Position numbers and translations under genes: made by a program. Shown here in pieces: positions 11,056 to 22,494 of a stretch of 64,000 nt of DNA (its first letter is position 1; each line of letters begins with the position of its first letter). This DNA is from Bdellovibrionota bacterium. GTDB lineage: Bacteria; Bdellovibrionota; UBA1018; CAIPTA01; JAALKR01. The DNA lies in the NCBI GenBank assembly GCA_965207455.1, contig CBDBMJ010000001.1, forward strand, positions 1,536,001-1,600,000. The letters run 5' to 3'. The notes under the pieces were generated by a model, which was not told the DNA's origin, did no database searches, and worked only from the letters and a program-made list of their open reading frames with translations.

Positions 11056-13217
11056 TCGCTAACGTTATCCTGCCGGCCCCCATTCCCAAGTTAAGCTACG
11101 GCGTGCCCAAGCACCTGGAAGGAAAGCTTTCTGTGGGAGATGCAGTGACCGTTCCTTTAAGAAAAAAAGAAACTTTTGGCTATATTGCGGAATTTATGGA
11201 CGAGAAAAAAGACATGGAAGTGAAAAATATTATTGCTTCCAATGAGGGGCGCCCCAGCCTAGATGAGGAATTTTTATCTTTCTTACAATGGGTGGCTCAG
11301 TACTACCACTACCCAGTGGGAGAAGTTCTACGAATGGTCTTAGTCGATCCCAAAATTAAGAAAAAAAAAATATACTCTTTGGGCAGTCGCCAGCCTTCGG
11401 ATAAAGAGCTGGAGTTATTTTCCAAGCGTTCAGGAAAGCGTCTTGCTCTTTTAAATTATTTAAAGGAAGAGGGGAGTGTGGGGGCGATTCCCAAGCTCTA
11501 TAAAAATGTTTTCTCTCCCTTGAAAAAAGAAGGCTTTATATGCGAAACCTTAGTGGAGGAGGAGCCTCAGTTCCTTTCCCAAGAATCTTTTTTCCCCACC
11601 AAGGCCACCCTACCTCGACTCAACAAGGAGCAACGTGTGGCATACGACACCGTATCTGCTGCCATTACAAAATCCCAGTACCAAGGTTTTCTACTCCACG
11701 GAATCACAGGCAGTGGAAAAACAGAAGTCTACCTTTCTGCCGCAAAATACGCTTTGGGAAAAGGGAAATCTGTGCTCATACTTGTGCCGGAAATATCCTT
11801 AACTCCGCAGTTGCTTGCCCGGGCAAGGGCACACCTTGGAAATAATATTGCCGTTATCCATTCCAGTTTGACAAAGCGGGAGCGAAACCAACAGTGGGAG
11901 TTAATTTATACGGGTAAGGCAAAAATTGCTCTTGGTGTCCGTTCCACCATATTCGCCCCCATGGCAAACATTGGTTTAATTATTGTGGATGAAGAGCATG
12001 AATCTTCATTTAAGCAAGAGGATCGCTTGCGATATAACGCTAGAGATATGGCACTTGTTCGTGGAAAGCGTTCCAAGGCGGTTGTGATTTTAGGTAGTGC
12101 CACCCCTTCCCTAGAAAGTTACTACCACTGCCTAAACGGAAAGTTGGAGAAACTTTCCTTGAAAAATCGTCCCAACCACTGCACGCCTCCAGATATGGAG
12201 ATCATTAACTTGCGAAAAGAAAAAGGACTCTTCTCCAATCGCTTGATAAAAAAAATAGAGGAAACGTTAGAGAGAAAAAAGCAAATTATCTTATTTCTCA
12301 ACCGACGAGGTTCTGCCTCTTTTCTCCTCTGCGATTCCTGCGGCCATGTGCCTGAGTGCAAGCACTGTAGTGTGAGCCTTATCTACTATGAAAGGAAGAA
12401 TAAGCTCTCTTGCCATTACTGTGGATATACGGAACCAAGGATGCGTAAGTGTGGGCAGTGTGATCACAGTCCTCTATCTGGAGGAACTCCAGGAACGGAG
12501 TTTGTGGAAAAGGAGCTAAAAACTTTTTTTCCCAATGCGAGAATTCTTCGCATGGACAGGGAAACAACCAGCAACAAGGGTGCATTGGAGAAAAATCTTT
12601 CTGCCATTTCCAACCAAGAGTGCGACATTATCGTGGGAACTCAAATGATTGCCAAGGGTCATGACTATCCAAACATTGAGTTAGTGGCTTCCATTAATTC
12701 TGATACAGCCTTAAAAATTCCCGACTTTCGTGCCAATGAAACCTGCTTCCAGTTGCTTACACAGGTGGCAGGTCGTGCGGGTAGGGGGAAGCATAAAGGC
12801 TTTGTTCTATTGCAGACCTATAACCCCACCCATCCCAGTATTAGGCACACCAAAAACTATGCGTACGAGGATTTTGCACGGGAGGAATTGGAAAAGCGTT
12901 TAGAGTTTCACTATCCCCCTTATTTTCGAATTGCCCTCATTATTGTGAGTAGCAAGATAGAGAGCCACACACAAAAAACAGCACAGAAGATTTATGCTCA
13001 ACTCCAGGGTGCCGTGGATAAAACAGTGGAGCTTTTGGGACCCACGCCGGCTGCAATACAGAAAGTACAAAACAAGTACCGCTGGAATATACTTATAAAA
13101 GCTAAGGACGCTTCCAAAATAAATCGCTTATTGGGTGATGGGTTACCTCATTGGAGAAAGCTTTGTCATAGGAGTACTCGCATTAGTGTGGATGTGGATC
13201 CCGTCTCTTTGCTTTAG
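11052..13217 (+). CDS. priA: Primosomal protein N'
   Basis: GITGSGKTEVY, DEEH, NRRG, CxxC zinc-finger cluster, QVAGRAGR, terminal DVDP. Confidence 0.97.
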   Translation: MIANVILPAPIPKLSYGVPKHLEGKLSVGDAVTVPLRKKETFGYIAEFMDEKKDMEVKNIIASNEGRPSLDEEFLSFLQWVAQYYHYPVGEVLRMVLVDPKIKKKKIYSLGSRQPSDKELELFSKRSGKRLALLNYLKEEGSVGAIPKLYKNVFSPLKKEGFICETLVEEEPQFLSQESFFPTKATLPRLNKEQRVAYDTVSAAITKSQYQGFLLHGITGSGKTEVYLSAAKYALGKGKSVLILVPEISLTPQLLARARAHLGNNIAVIHSSLTKRERNQQWELIYTGKAKIALGVRSTIFAPMANIGLIIVDEEHESSFKQEDRLRYNARDMALVRGKRSKAVVILGSATPSLESYYHCLNGKLEKLSLKNRPNHCTPPDMEIINLRKEKGLFSNRLIKKIEETLERKKQIILFLNRRGSASFLLCDSCGHVPECKHCSVSLIYYERKNKLSCHYCGYTEPRMRKCGQCDHSPLSGGTPGTEFVEKELKTFFPNARILRMDRETTSNKGALEKNLSAISNQECDIIVGTQMIAKGHDYPNIELVASINSDTALKIPDFRANETCFQLLTQVAGRAGRGKHKGFVLLQTYNPTHPSIRHTKNYAYEDFAREELEKRLEFHYPPYFRIALIIVSSKIESHTQKTAQKIYAQLQGAVDKTVELLGPTPAAIQKVQNKYRWNILIKAKDASKINRLLGDGLPHWRKLCHRSTRISVDVDPVSLL

Positions 13218-13219
13218 TG

Positions 13220-14020
13220 TTATTGAACTTTTGTTCCCACCCTGCCTAGGCGAGGGATGATATAGAAGTCGTCGAAGCTCCAATTTGTCACAACATTTAA
13301 CCAAATAAACAGGGCTTTTCCTTTGATATTTCTTACGGGCACAAACCCCCATGCACGGGAGTCTGAGCTTCGATCCCGGTTATCTCCCATAACAAAAACT
13401 TTATCTGCGGGAACGGTTATGGGTCCGTAGTCGGAGCCAATCACATTCCGTTCATCATGGAGTACGGGATGTTTGTGTCCCCGTAGGTCTGCCATATAGA
13501 GGGTTAAAATAGATTGATCCGCCTTATCTATAATACCTGAAGACAGTTCTGCATTCTCATGGGGGGTTTCAGAGACCACTACATCGTTAATAAATAAAGA
13601 TTTATTACGAACGGCAATTCTATCTCCTGGTAAACCAATTACCCGTTTAATATAATTTGTGGACTCGTCTCTGGGATAGCGAAAGACAATAACGTCGCCC
13701 CGTTTGGGAACGCTGCGCTTGGTGATATATATGGGATGTCCGAAGGTGGCACTAAAGGGAAGTTTTAGTCCGTAGGCAAATTTATTTACAAAAATATGAT
13801 CCCCGATAAAGAGGGTGGGTATCATGGAGCCTGAGGGTATTTTGTAGGGTTCCACAAGAGAGGAGCGCACCACCAGTACAATAACAATCGCTATAGCTAG
13901 TTGTTTTCCTGTGTCGGCAATCCAAAACTTGAATTGATCCCATGGGGAAGCGCTGTGTTTTTTGGGACTGAGTCCCTTGGGACTGAGTCCCTTTTTTGAT
14001 TTTTTTTGATTTTTTTTCAT
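13220..14020 (-). CDS. lepB: Signal peptidase I
   Basis: IPSGSMIPTL..GD, YIKRVIGLPGD, GDNRD.S.DSR.WG. Confidence 0.97.
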   Translation of the reverse strand: MKKNQKKSKKGLSPKGLSPKKHSASPWDQFKFWIADTGKQLAIAIVIVLVVRSSLVEPYKIPSGSMIPTLFIGDHIFVNKFAYGLKLPFSATFGHPIYITKRSVPKRGDVIVFRYPRDESTNYIKRVIGLPGDRIAVRNKSLFINDVVVSETPHENAELSSGIIDKADQSILTLYMADLRGHKHPVLHDERNVIGSDYGPITVPADKVFVMGDNRDRSSDSRAWGFVPVRNIKGKALFIWLNVVTNWSFDDFYIIPRLGRVGTKVQ

Positions 14021-14051
14021 GCTCTTTTATCCTTAATGATACCTTAAAATT

Positions 14052-15158
14052 ATGAATCTTCTCGACCGTTATATTGCCTCTGAATTCTGGCGATCTTTTT
14101 TTCATGCCCTTATAGCCTTACTCACTCTTTTTATTGGAGTAAGTTCGTTGCGTCAAGGGATTAAAAAAGAAATTCTCCCAATACATGCACTGCAATATAC
14201 CCTATATGAAGTCCCAGAGGTTCTTGTGCTCCTCTTGCCTGTCGCCTGCTTAATTGGCGCGTTCCTATCTCTATCTGCCATGGCTCGACGGGGGGAAATT
14301 GTCGCTCTATTTGCTTCCTCAGTCAGTTTGCTGCGCATCTGCCTAGTCCTCCTTTGTCTTGCGGCCATCCTCTCCTGCTTTTCTCTTATCATTACTGACC
14401 GGGTTATTCCACCTGTAACAAAAAGTAAAAACCATTTCCAGCGGACTGTAATAGAGAAAAAAACTAGTCTACAAACAAATATTACCCGAAGTGGAATTTG
14501 GTACAAAAGTAAAAATATTATCTACAATCTAGGCGTTTTTCATCCTGAAGGTAATAAAATAGAAGATCTCACTACCTATACGTTTAACCAAAAATTTAAT
14601 CTGGTGGAAAAAGTAAACGCTAGGGTAGCTCGGTATAAAGATGGTCATTGGGAGCTTACCGATGGTCGAATTACTAGGTTTGAGGGAGTGCTTGCCACGC
14701 CCGTTACCACCACATTTAAAGAAAAAGCTTTCTTCCTCAAGGAAACCCCTGAGGATTTTAAGAGTATTGAAAAAGAAGTGCAGACTCTTCGCTTAAAATA
14801 CCTATGGCAGTTTATCCTTCATAACCGGTCGGCTGGAATTAATACGGCTCCTCAGGAAATGCTCTTTTGGTCAAAAATTAACCTGGCCCTGCTGCCCCTG
14901 ATCATGACTCTTATCGCTATCCCGATTTGCGCTCAGCATCAACGCAAGCCTAACTCCGCAAAAAGTCTTACTGTATGCCTTTTACTCATGGTGGCATACT
15001 GGGTATTCTATTCCTTTTCCTCTTCCTTGGGTCGATCGGCGACCCTTAGTCCTTTAATTTCCATATTCCTTCCCACGATTGTTTTTGCTCTCTTGGGGAT
15101 AGCAATGGTGGTAAAAAAAGAAAAAAGGATATCGGCATGGCCATTCTTGAAATTTTAA
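14052..15158 (+). CDS. lptG: LPS export ABC permease, LptF/LptG family
   Basis: LLDRYI N-terminus, 3 TM + periplasmic beta-jellyroll + 3 TM, EIVAL..S motif. Confidence 0.85.
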   Translation: MNLLDRYIASEFWRSFFHALIALLTLFIGVSSLRQGIKKEILPIHALQYTLYEVPEVLVLLLPVACLIGAFLSLSAMARRGEIVALFASSVSLLRICLVLLCLAAILSCFSLIITDRVIPPVTKSKNHFQRTVIEKKTSLQTNITRSGIWYKSKNIIYNLGVFHPEGNKIEDLTTYTFNQKFNLVEKVNARVARYKDGHWELTDGRITRFEGVLATPVTTTFKEKAFFLKETPEDFKSIEKEVQTLRLKYLWQFILHNRSAGINTAPQEMLFWSKINLALLPLIMTLIAIPICAQHQRKPNSAKSLTVCLLLMVAYWVFYSFSSSLGRSATLSPLISIFLPTIVFALLGIAMVVKKEKRISAWPFLKF

Positions 15159-15646
15159 CCTACCCCAACTCGCAGTTGGCAATTCCCAGTACTCCGGTGG
15201 AGCGATTCGACGGTGATTTAAAAAAGCTTGTAGGGGACATGGCAGAAACTATGTACGCAGCCGACGGTATTGGGTTAGCGGCTCCTCAGGTAAATGTTCA
15301 TAAGAACATTTTTGTTATCGACATTCATTATGTGTTGAAAGAGGGCACCCCAAATCTTCTTGTATTTATCAATCCGAAAATATCCAATCTTCAGGGAAAA
15401 GCCACCTATAAAGAGGGTTGCCTAAGTGTGCCGGGTATTTATGAGGATGTGGAGCGAGCTGAAAGCATTTCTCTCGAATACCACGACGTGGAGGGAAGTC
15501 TCCATACTGAAAATGTAACAGACCTACTTGCCACTGCCATACAGCATGAAAATGATCATCTCTTGGGGAGGCTTTTTATCGACCGTTTGAGTTTTGTAAA
15601 GAGTCGATCTGTGAAGCGAAAAATTAAAAAAGGGAGTCTTAGTTGA
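15137..15646 (+). CDS. def: Peptide deformylase
   Basis: GIGLAAPQ, EGCLS, QHE.DHL.G. Confidence 0.98.
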   Translation: MAILEILTYPNSQLAIPSTPVERFDGDLKKLVGDMAETMYAADGIGLAAPQVNVHKNIFVIDIHYVLKEGTPNLLVFINPKISNLQGKATYKEGCLSVPGIYEDVERAESISLEYHDVEGSLHTENVTDLLATAIQHENDHLLGRLFIDRLSFVKSRSVKRKIKKGSLS

Positions 15647-16596
15647 AAATTGTTTTTTTGGGCAGTCCAGATTTTGCTCTTCCTTCCCTATCGGCTCTCC
15701 TAACGACCCATGAGGTTTGTGGTGTTATTACGCCAATTGATCGTCCGTCGGGAAGGGGGCAAAAGCCTAAGTCTGTGGCAGTGGCTCAGTATTGTAAGGA
15801 AAACGCAATGGATTTGCTCCAAACAGACGATGTCAATAACAAAAAAACCTTGGCTTGGTTAAAGGAAAAAAAGCCAGATATCCTCGTAGTTGTGGCGTTT
15901 GGCAAATTTCTAAAAAAAGATCTGTTAGCTTTTTGCGATCATCCTCCCGTGAACCTCCACCCCTCCAAGCTCCCTCAATTGCGTGGGGCTGCTCCCATAC
16001 AATGGGCGATTATCAATGGATTAAAAACCACTGGGTTAAGCACTCAGTTTATGGTTTTGGAGATGGATGCTGGAGACATTCTTCTACAGGAAAGTATGAG
16101 CATACTCCCTAACGAAACTGCGGGTGAGCTCCAGGATCGGTTGAAGGAATTGGGAAGTGCTCTTTTAGTGGAGACTATAAATAAAATTGAAGAGAAAAAA
16201 ATAGTGCCCAAAGCGCAGAGGAAGGTGGATGTGAGTTTTGCTCCTCCTTTAAAAAAAATCGATGGCATTTTGGACTGGAGGCAGAAAAAACTTATTATAC
16301 ACAATCGGATCCGGGGCCTGAACCCATGGCCGATGGCATCAAGCACCTTTCGAAAGGAGTCCATTAAAATACTACGAAGCTGTGTGCCTAAGAGCCAGGA
16401 TTGTCCCCCTAGTCTCCCCTCCACCCCAGGGGCTTTTCGCTTTTATGGGGAGCGTTTGTTTGTGCAAGCACAGGATGGCGCCTTGGAGATTCTGGGCCTA
16501 CAGTTGGCTGGTAAGCGAGCCATATTGCCTATGGACTTCGCTAATGGTATGAGAGGATTAAAATTAGACGAAGCGAAGTATTACTTTGGAGAATAG
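15643..16596 (+). CDS. fmt: Methionyl-tRNA formyltransferase
   Basis: KIVFLGSPDFA, NLHPS.LP..RGAAPIQ, MDAGD; follows def. Confidence 0.97.
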   Translation: MKIVFLGSPDFALPSLSALLTTHEVCGVITPIDRPSGRGQKPKSVAVAQYCKENAMDLLQTDDVNNKKTLAWLKEKKPDILVVVAFGKFLKKDLLAFCDHPPVNLHPSKLPQLRGAAPIQWAIINGLKTTGLSTQFMVLEMDAGDILLQESMSILPNETAGELQDRLKELGSALLVETINKIEEKKIVPKAQRKVDVSFAPPLKKIDGILDWRQKKLIIHNRIRGLNPWPMASSTFRKESIKILRSCVPKSQDCPPSLPSTPGAFRFYGERLFVQAQDGALEILGLQLAGKRAILPMDFANGMRGLKLDEAKYYFGE

Positions 16597-17265
16597 ATGG
16601 AAAACAATATACGAATCGCCCCCAGTATTTTAGCTGCCAATTTTGCCCGACTGGAGGAGGAGATACAAAAGGTACAAAAGGCAGGGGCAGACTGGATCCA
16701 TGTGGATGTTATGGATGGGCATTTTGTTCCCAATATTACCATTGGTCCTCCTGTGGTAAGTGCAATTCATAAGCTCAAGGCTCTTCCCTTAGATGTGCAT
16801 TTAATGATTAGCAACCCGGAAAAATATATCGACGATTTTATACAAGCAGGGGCCAGCTACGTAACCATTCATCAGGAGAGCACTCCCCACCTTCACCGGG
16901 CCGTACATATGATAAAAGATGCTGGTGTGAAGGCGGGTGTGGCCTTAAATCCTGCCACTCCCGTATCCAGTATTGAGGATATTGTAGGCTCCGTGGATTT
17001 GGTGTTGGTTATGAGTGTAAACCCGGGCTTTGGTGGTCAATCGTTTATTCCTTCCACTATTCAGAAATGTAAGTTGTTAAGCCAAATTCGCCACGAGTTG
17101 GGTTTGCGTTTTCTCATTGAGGTAGATGGTGGGGTGAACGCAAAAAACTCAGAGGATTTACAAAACGCAGGAGTGGATGTGCTTGTTGCTGGCAGTGCTA
17201 TTTTCCAGTCGTCTAATTATAAAGTAGCTATAGAAGAAATTAGAAATGCCCCAAGCAAAAAGTAA
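16597..17265 (+). CDS. rpe: Ribulose-phosphate 3-epimerase
   Basis: IAPSIL, HVDVMDGHFVPN, MSVNPGFGGQ, EVDGG. Confidence 0.98.
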   Translation: MENNIRIAPSILAANFARLEEEIQKVQKAGADWIHVDVMDGHFVPNITIGPPVVSAIHKLKALPLDVHLMISNPEKYIDDFIQAGASYVTIHQESTPHLHRAVHMIKDAGVKAGVALNPATPVSSIEDIVGSVDLVLVMSVNPGFGGQSFIPSTIQKCKLLSQIRHELGLRFLIEVDGGVNAKNSEDLQNAGVDVLVAGSAIFQSSNYKVAIEEIRNAPSKK

Positions 17266-18829
17266 AAATATTTTTATAGATGGAGATTCTTTATATCTAT
17301 CTACTGTTATTGCCGTAAGCCAAGGGAAGCCTTCTGTAAAACTTTCTCCTAAGGCGAGAAAAAAAGTAGCTGCTTCTCATCGTCATGTAAACAATTTAGT
17401 GGAGAGCACCAGTCCCATTTATGGTATCAATACGGGTTTTGGTCTTTTGAGCGACGTGCGAATCCCCAAGAACAAATTAAAAGAGTTGCAAGTAAATTTA
17501 TTACGTTCCCATGCCTGTGGAGTGGGCGATCCCCTTAGTAAAGAAATTGTTCGTGCAGCCCTACTCCTTCGAGCCAATACTTTGGCAAAGGGTCATTCCG
17601 GTTGTTCCCCGGAGCTGATCGACGCTATTCTTGCTCTACTGAACAACGATATTATCCCTTGGGTTCCTGAGCAGGGAAGTGTGGGGGCTTGCGGTGATCT
17701 GGCTCCACTGGCCCACCTAAGTCTAGTGCTTATTGGAGAGGGAGAGGCGTACATTCGAAATAAATTAGTTTCTGGAAAAAAAGCTCTTCGGTCTGCTGGT
17801 CTTTCTCCGTATGAGTTAAAGCCTAAGGAGGGTTTATGTTTAATCAATGGCACTCAAATAATGACGGCCATTGGATCTTTTGTTATTCATCATGCGCTTA
17901 ACTTAGTGAGTATAGCAGACATTGCTGGGGCCATGAGTTTGGAGGCTTTTCGAGGAACCAATCAATCTTATCACCCGGCTGTGCATGGAGTGCGTGCCCA
18001 TAAGGGTCAGATAAAAGTAGCAAAAAATTTATTACAGCTTACAAAAAATAGTGCCATTGCTAAAAGTCATTTGGAATGTGGGCGTATCCAGGATCCTTAT
18101 AGTTTTCGTTGTATGCCTCAGGTGCATGGTATTTCTAGGGAGTATGTGGATCAAAGCAAGCAGACTTTGGAGACGGAATGTAATTCTGCTACAGATAATC
18201 CTTTAATTTTTTTACCTGACGGGAAGAAAACGGTTGGTTTACGTAATAATGGTGTTATTTCTGGAGGAAATTTTCATGGTCAGTACATGGCCATGACCAT
18301 GGACGTGGTTGCCATTGCTCTTTCAGAGTTAGCAAATATTGCCGACCAGCGCATGCAAAAGCTTATTAACCCGACCATGAGTCAATTGCCTGCCTTCCTG
18401 ACTCCCGATCCTGGTCTCCATTCAGGAATGATGATTGTGCAGGTGGCTTCTGCTTCTCTAGTGTCGGAAAATAAGTCCCTTGCCCACCCTGCGTCCGTTG
18501 ATTCCATTTCCACTAGTGCGGATAAGGAAGATCATGTGAGTATGGGAGTGACTGCTGCAAGAAAGGCTTTAAAAATTGTACAAAATTTGCAAAATACTTT
18601 AGCCATGGAATTGCTTTGTGCTTCTCAGGGGTTGGAGTTTTTAAAGCCCCTAAAAGCAGGAACAGGCGTAAATGCTGCGTACAAAGAAATTCGAAAAGTG
18701 GTTCGACCCATAAAAAAAGACAGGCCCTTTCATAAAGACATAGAAGCGATTGCGAAAATTATTGAAGACGGTTCTTTACTTCGTTGTGTGGAAAAGGCTA
18801 TAAAATTTTCCTTACTAGGAGGAAGGTAG
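17246..18829 (+). CDS. hutH: Histidine ammonia-lyase
   Basis: [20 protein letters not shown] (MIO-forming triad is ACG here, canonical ASG), [19 protein letters not shown]. Confidence 0.95.
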   Translation: MPQAKSKNIFIDGDSLYLSTVIAVSQGKPSVKLSPKARKKVAASHRHVNNLVESTSPIYGINTGFGLLSDVRIPKNKLKELQVNLLRSHACGVGDPLSKEIVRAALLLRANTLAKGHSGCSPELIDAILALLNNDIIPWVPEQGSVGACGDLAPLAHLSLVLIGEGEAYIRNKLVSGKKALRSAGLSPYELKPKEGLCLINGTQIMTAIGSFVIHHALNLVSIADIAGAMSLEAFRGTNQSYHPAVHGVRAHKGQIKVAKNLLQLTKNSAIAKSHLECGRIQDPYSFRCMPQVHGISREYVDQSKQTLETECNSATDNPLIFLPDGKKTVGLRNNGVISGGNFHGQYMAMTMDVVAIALSELANIADQRMQKLINPTMSQLPAFLTPDPGLHSGMMIVQVASASLVSENKSLAHPASVDSISTSADKEDHVSMGVTAARKALKIVQNLQNTLAMELLCASQGLEFLKPLKAGTGVNAAYKEIRKVVRPIKKDRPFHKDIEAIAKIIEDGSLLRCVEKAIKFSLLGGR

Positions 18830-18830
18830 G

Positions 18831-20483
18831 ATGAAAGAAGAAATTCGAGCTCCCCGTGGGTCAACATTGCACTGCAAGGGTTGGGTACAGGAAGCAGCCA
18901 TGCGCATGTTAATGAATAATTTAGATCCTGAGGTAGCTGAAGATCCAAAAAATTTAATTGTGTATGGAGGAAGGGGAAAGGCAGCTCGAAACTGGGAGTG
19001 TTTTCACGCCATTGTTGACGCTTTAAAAGTATTGGGTAATGAAGAGACCTTACTGATACAAAGTGGCGCTCCTGTTGGTGTGCTCCCCTCTCACAGCAAT
19101 GCTCCTAGGGTTCTTATTGCCAATTCCAACTTAGTTCCCAAGTGGGCCACATGGGAGCATTTCGACGCTTTGGATGCCAAAGGGCTTGCCATGTATGGAC
19201 AAATGACTGCTGGAAGTTGGATCTATATTGGCACTCAGGGAATTCTCCAGGGAACGTTTGAAACATTTTTGGCAGCAGCAAAAAAACATTTCCATGGGGA
19301 TTTGACTGGGCATATGGTTGTTTCCGCAGGACTAGGAGGAATGGGTGGAGCTCAGCCCTTGGCAGTAAAGATGGCTTCAGGAGTTTTCCTTGGCGCTGAG
19401 GTGGATGCAAGCAGAATCGATCGTCGATTGGAGACGGGATATTTAGATCAGGCCACCCAAAGTATAGATGATGGAATACAGCGTGCCCTTTATGCCAAGG
19501 AAAAAAAGCAATCCCTCTCCATTGCCATTGAATGTAATGCCATTGATCTTCTTAGTGCTTTGAAATTGAAAAACGTTATTCCTTGTTTACTTACGGATCA
19601 AACGAGTGCCCATGATCCTGTGGGTGGCTATATTCCCCATGGTCCCAGTTTTGAGGAAGCCCTATTGTTACGGGAAAAAGATCCTAAAAAATACCGCACA
19701 CTTGCCATTGAAAGTATGGGTAGGCATGTGCAGCTCATGTTAGATCTGCAAAAGTTAGGTGCTCATACCTTTGATTATGGAAATAATATTCGTGCCTATG
19801 GAAAAGAGGCAGGTGTTGAAAATGCGTTCGACTTTCCGGGTTTTGTGCCTGCCTATATACGTCCCTTATTTTGTAAAGGCAGTGGCCCCTTTCGTTGGGT
19901 AGCTTTGTCTGGAAATCCCGACGACATAAAAGTAACGGACGAGGCTTTATTAAGCGAATTTCCCCACAACAAGGAGCTCCACCTTTGGATACAAAAAGCG
20001 CAAAAATATGTAAAATTCCAAGGGCTGCCTTCCCGTATTTGTTGGTTAGAATATGGGGAGAGAGAGCGTGCAGGTTTATTATTCAACCGACTCGTGCGAG
20101 AGAAAAAAGTTTCTGCACCCATTGTTATTGGCAGGGATCACTTGGACTGTGGCAGTGTGGCCAGTCCCAATAGGGAAACGGAGGCTATGTTGGATGGGTC
20201 GGATGCGGTTGCGGACTGGCCCATTCTCAATGCTTTAATCAATACGGCCTGTGGCGCTTCCTGGGTTTCCATGCACCAGGGTGGTGGTGTGGGAATGGGA
20301 TATTCCATACATGCAGGAATGGTGATTGTTGCTGATGGAACGAAAGAGGCTGATAATCGTCTACGCCTTGTTTTAAACAACGACCCTGCTATGGGAATCC
20401 TACGTCACAGCGATGCTGGCTACACCCTAGCCCAAGCAAAATCAAAAGAGCACAACATAAACGCAGGAAAAAATAATCACTAG
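18831..20483 (+). CDS. hutU: Urocanate hydratase
   Basis: [40 protein letters not shown]. Confidence 0.98.
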   Translation: MKEEIRAPRGSTLHCKGWVQEAAMRMLMNNLDPEVAEDPKNLIVYGGRGKAARNWECFHAIVDALKVLGNEETLLIQSGAPVGVLPSHSNAPRVLIANSNLVPKWATWEHFDALDAKGLAMYGQMTAGSWIYIGTQGILQGTFETFLAAAKKHFHGDLTGHMVVSAGLGGMGGAQPLAVKMASGVFLGAEVDASRIDRRLETGYLDQATQSIDDGIQRALYAKEKKQSLSIAIECNAIDLLSALKLKNVIPCLLTDQTSAHDPVGGYIPHGPSFEEALLLREKDPKKYRTLAIESMGRHVQLMLDLQKLGAHTFDYGNNIRAYGKEAGVENAFDFPGFVPAYIRPLFCKGSGPFRWVALSGNPDDIKVTDEALLSEFPHNKELHLWIQKAQKYVKFQGLPSRICWLEYGERERAGLLFNRLVREKKVSAPIVIGRDHLDCGSVASPNRETEAMLDGSDAVADWPILNALINTACGASWVSMHQGGGVGMGYSIHAGMVIVADGTKEADNRLRLVLNNDPAMGILRHSDAGYTLAQAKSKEHNINAGKNNH

Positions 20484-20484
20484 C

Positions 20485-21702
20485 ATGTTGGTATATAGAA
20501 AAATTGACTGCCTAGTAACTAACGGAAATTTATTAAAAAACTGCGTGCAGCCTCAGGAAAAAGAACTGGGCATAATCAGAAACGCTGCCCTTGTTTTCTC
20601 CCGATCCAAGGGAGTTGTATGGGTAGGTAAGGATAGTGTTCTTCCTGCCATTTTTAAGAAGAAGAAACAAATTATTTGCAAAGGTCATGTGGCGTATCCG
20701 GGTTTTGTGGATTCCCATACCCATCCTGTTTTTGATGGAAACCGCGCCAAGGAGTTTGCTCTACGAACAGCGGGTGCTTCTTATCAGGAGATAGCTCAAG
20801 CCGGTGGAGGTATTCTTTCCACGGTAAGTGCCACGCGAAAAGCGAGTGTAAAAAAACTTTCCCAGCTTGTTCAAACTAGATTGGAGACAGCTTATGATTT
20901 TGGTGTACGCGCCATGGAAGGAAAAAGTGGCTACGGTTTAGAAAAATCGGCAGAGCTTCGATCCTTGAGTGCTCTCCAGTCTGCGGAAAAGAGTTTTAAA
21001 AAAATAAAAGTCCTACGCACTTGTCTTGCGGCCCATGCCGTGCCGCCTGAGTATAAAAACAAAAAAGAAAAATGGGTGGACGTTATTTGCAAAAGTATTT
21101 TGCCTGGTGTTCGAAAAAGAAACCTAGCTTCTTTTGTGGATGTCTTTTGTGATGAAGGTTATTTTTCCATCAGCGATACCCGAAAGATTTTCACCACAGC
21201 CAAGAGTCTTGGTTTTTCACTGCGCCTACACGGAGACGAACTAGCAAACACTGAGGCCGCTTGCCTTGCAGTGGAAATGGGAGCAAAATCTGTGGATCAT
21301 TTATTAAAGGTATCCCCTGCGGGAATTCGAGCTCTAGCCCAAAGTGATACCATTGCCACACTACTTCCCGGCACCAGCTTATTTTTAAAAGAGCCCCCGG
21401 CGCCTGCAAGGGAATTGATTGACGGAGGAGCTGCTGTGGCCCTAGCCACCGACTTTAACCCTGGAACCTGCACCACCCAAAACCTTCCCTTCATTGCATC
21501 CCTTGCCACACTACAATTGGGAATGACTGTACCCGAAGTAATTATAGGCATTACATGGAATGGGGCCTGCGCCCTAGGAATCCAAGACATGTATGGTGCC
21601 CTCAAGGTGGGTTATAGGGGTGAACCTGTTTTTTGCAAAGGGGATCACCCTAGTGCTATTTGCTACCATCTTGCCTCTGGAAAGCTTGTGCGTTTCTCTT
21701 GA
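20485..21702 (+). CDS. hutI: Imidazolonepropionase
   Basis: PGFVDSHTH, GGGILSTV.ATR, KSGYGL, LATDFNPG. Confidence 0.95.
   Translation: MLVYRKIDCLVTNGNLLKNCVQPQEKELGIIRNAALVFSRSKGVVWVGKDSVLPAIFKKKKQIICKGHVAYPGFVDSHTHPVFDGNRAKEFALRTAGASYQEIAQAGGGILSTVSATRKASVKKLSQLVQTRLETAYDFGVRAMEGKSGYGLEKSAELRSLSALQSAEKSFKKIKVLRTCLAAHAVPPEYKNKKEKWVDVICKSILPGVRKRNLASFVDVFCDEGYFSISDTRKIFTTAKSLGFSLRLHGDELANTEAACLAVEMGAKSVDHLLKVSPAGIRALAQSDTIATLLPGTSLFLKEPPAPARELIDGGAAVALATDFNPGTCTTQNLPFIASLATLQLGMTVPEVIIGITWNGACALGIQDMYGALKVGYRGEPVFCKGDHPSAICYHLASGKLVRFS
21673..21697 (+). repeat. 25-bp direct repeat, copy 1 (3' end of hutI)
   Basis: gcctctggaaagcttgtgcgtttct is identical at 21673, 22578 and 22775. Confidence 0.9.
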
Positions 21703-21732
21703 AATGGGCTTATTCTTGGCTAATTGCCATCT

Positions 21733-22440
21733 TTAATCACTAGGCTTGCCAGGACTAGATCCTCTGCCAAAACCAGTCCCTTTGTTAGAATCAGATCCAC
21801 CAGGGAATCCACGAGTAACCCCTGTACGATTATACGGGTTAGCACCAAGCCCTGCTCCAGAGGAAGGGAATGGGAGTCCGTGAGCATGCGGTTTCCTGAT
21901 AATTCCAAAGTTCTCCTCCTCAATCATTTTTTGAAGTAGCATAAGTACTATCGCATCTTGAGCAGAGTCTTTTCCATGATAGAATGTACCTAGATTAATA
22001 GGATTTTCAGACAGTTTTTTTGCCACTTCAACACCTATAAAAGCTCTCATATGATCTGATTCAGTTAATGCAGCTCCATTCGCTTTTCCTATTGCTTTAT
22101 TTTTTGTATCCCCTGGTTTTTGGAAAAGCTTTACCTCAAATTTCGGTAATCCACAGAAAATGAAAATATTTTTCGTTATCCACTCCCTCAGTTTTCCGGG
22201 TTGAGTGGCTTTTTTCTCTTCAATACTTTTGGATTTTAAAGAGCTTACTGCAAAATTACTTGCAAAAGGGTAGTGGCGTGAGACACATTTTTTAGCAATT
22301 TTTTCCCTTGCTTGATTCATCTTTTCTTGATTCATCTTTTCTTGCTGGTAATTCATCTTTTCTTGATTCGTATTTTTTATTTGAACAGCAGTTGCTGGTA
22401 ATGCTACGGCAAATGCCAGTAGTATAATCATTTTTCGCAT
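21733..22440 (-). CDS. Orphan secreted protein with QEKMN repeats
   Basis: Signal peptide MRKMIILLAFAVALPATA, GAGGAG RBS, 15-bp tandem repeats at 22311..22368. Confidence 0.75.
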   Translation of the reverse strand: MRKMIILLAFAVALPATAVQIKNTNQEKMNYQQEKMNQEKMNQAREKIAKKCVSRHYPFASNFAVSSLKSKSIEEKKATQPGKLREWITKNIFIFCGLPKFEVKLFQKPGDTKNKAIGKANGAALTESDHMRAFIGVEVAKKLSENPINLGTFYHGKDSAQDAIVLMLLQKMIEEENFGIIRKPHAHGLPFPSSGAGLGANPYNRTGVTRGFPGGSDSNKGTGFGRGSSPGKPSD

Positions 22441-22494
22441 GGTTTTTCTCCTCTTGTTTGAATTAAATAACTTACTTTATTTAATATAACAGGA

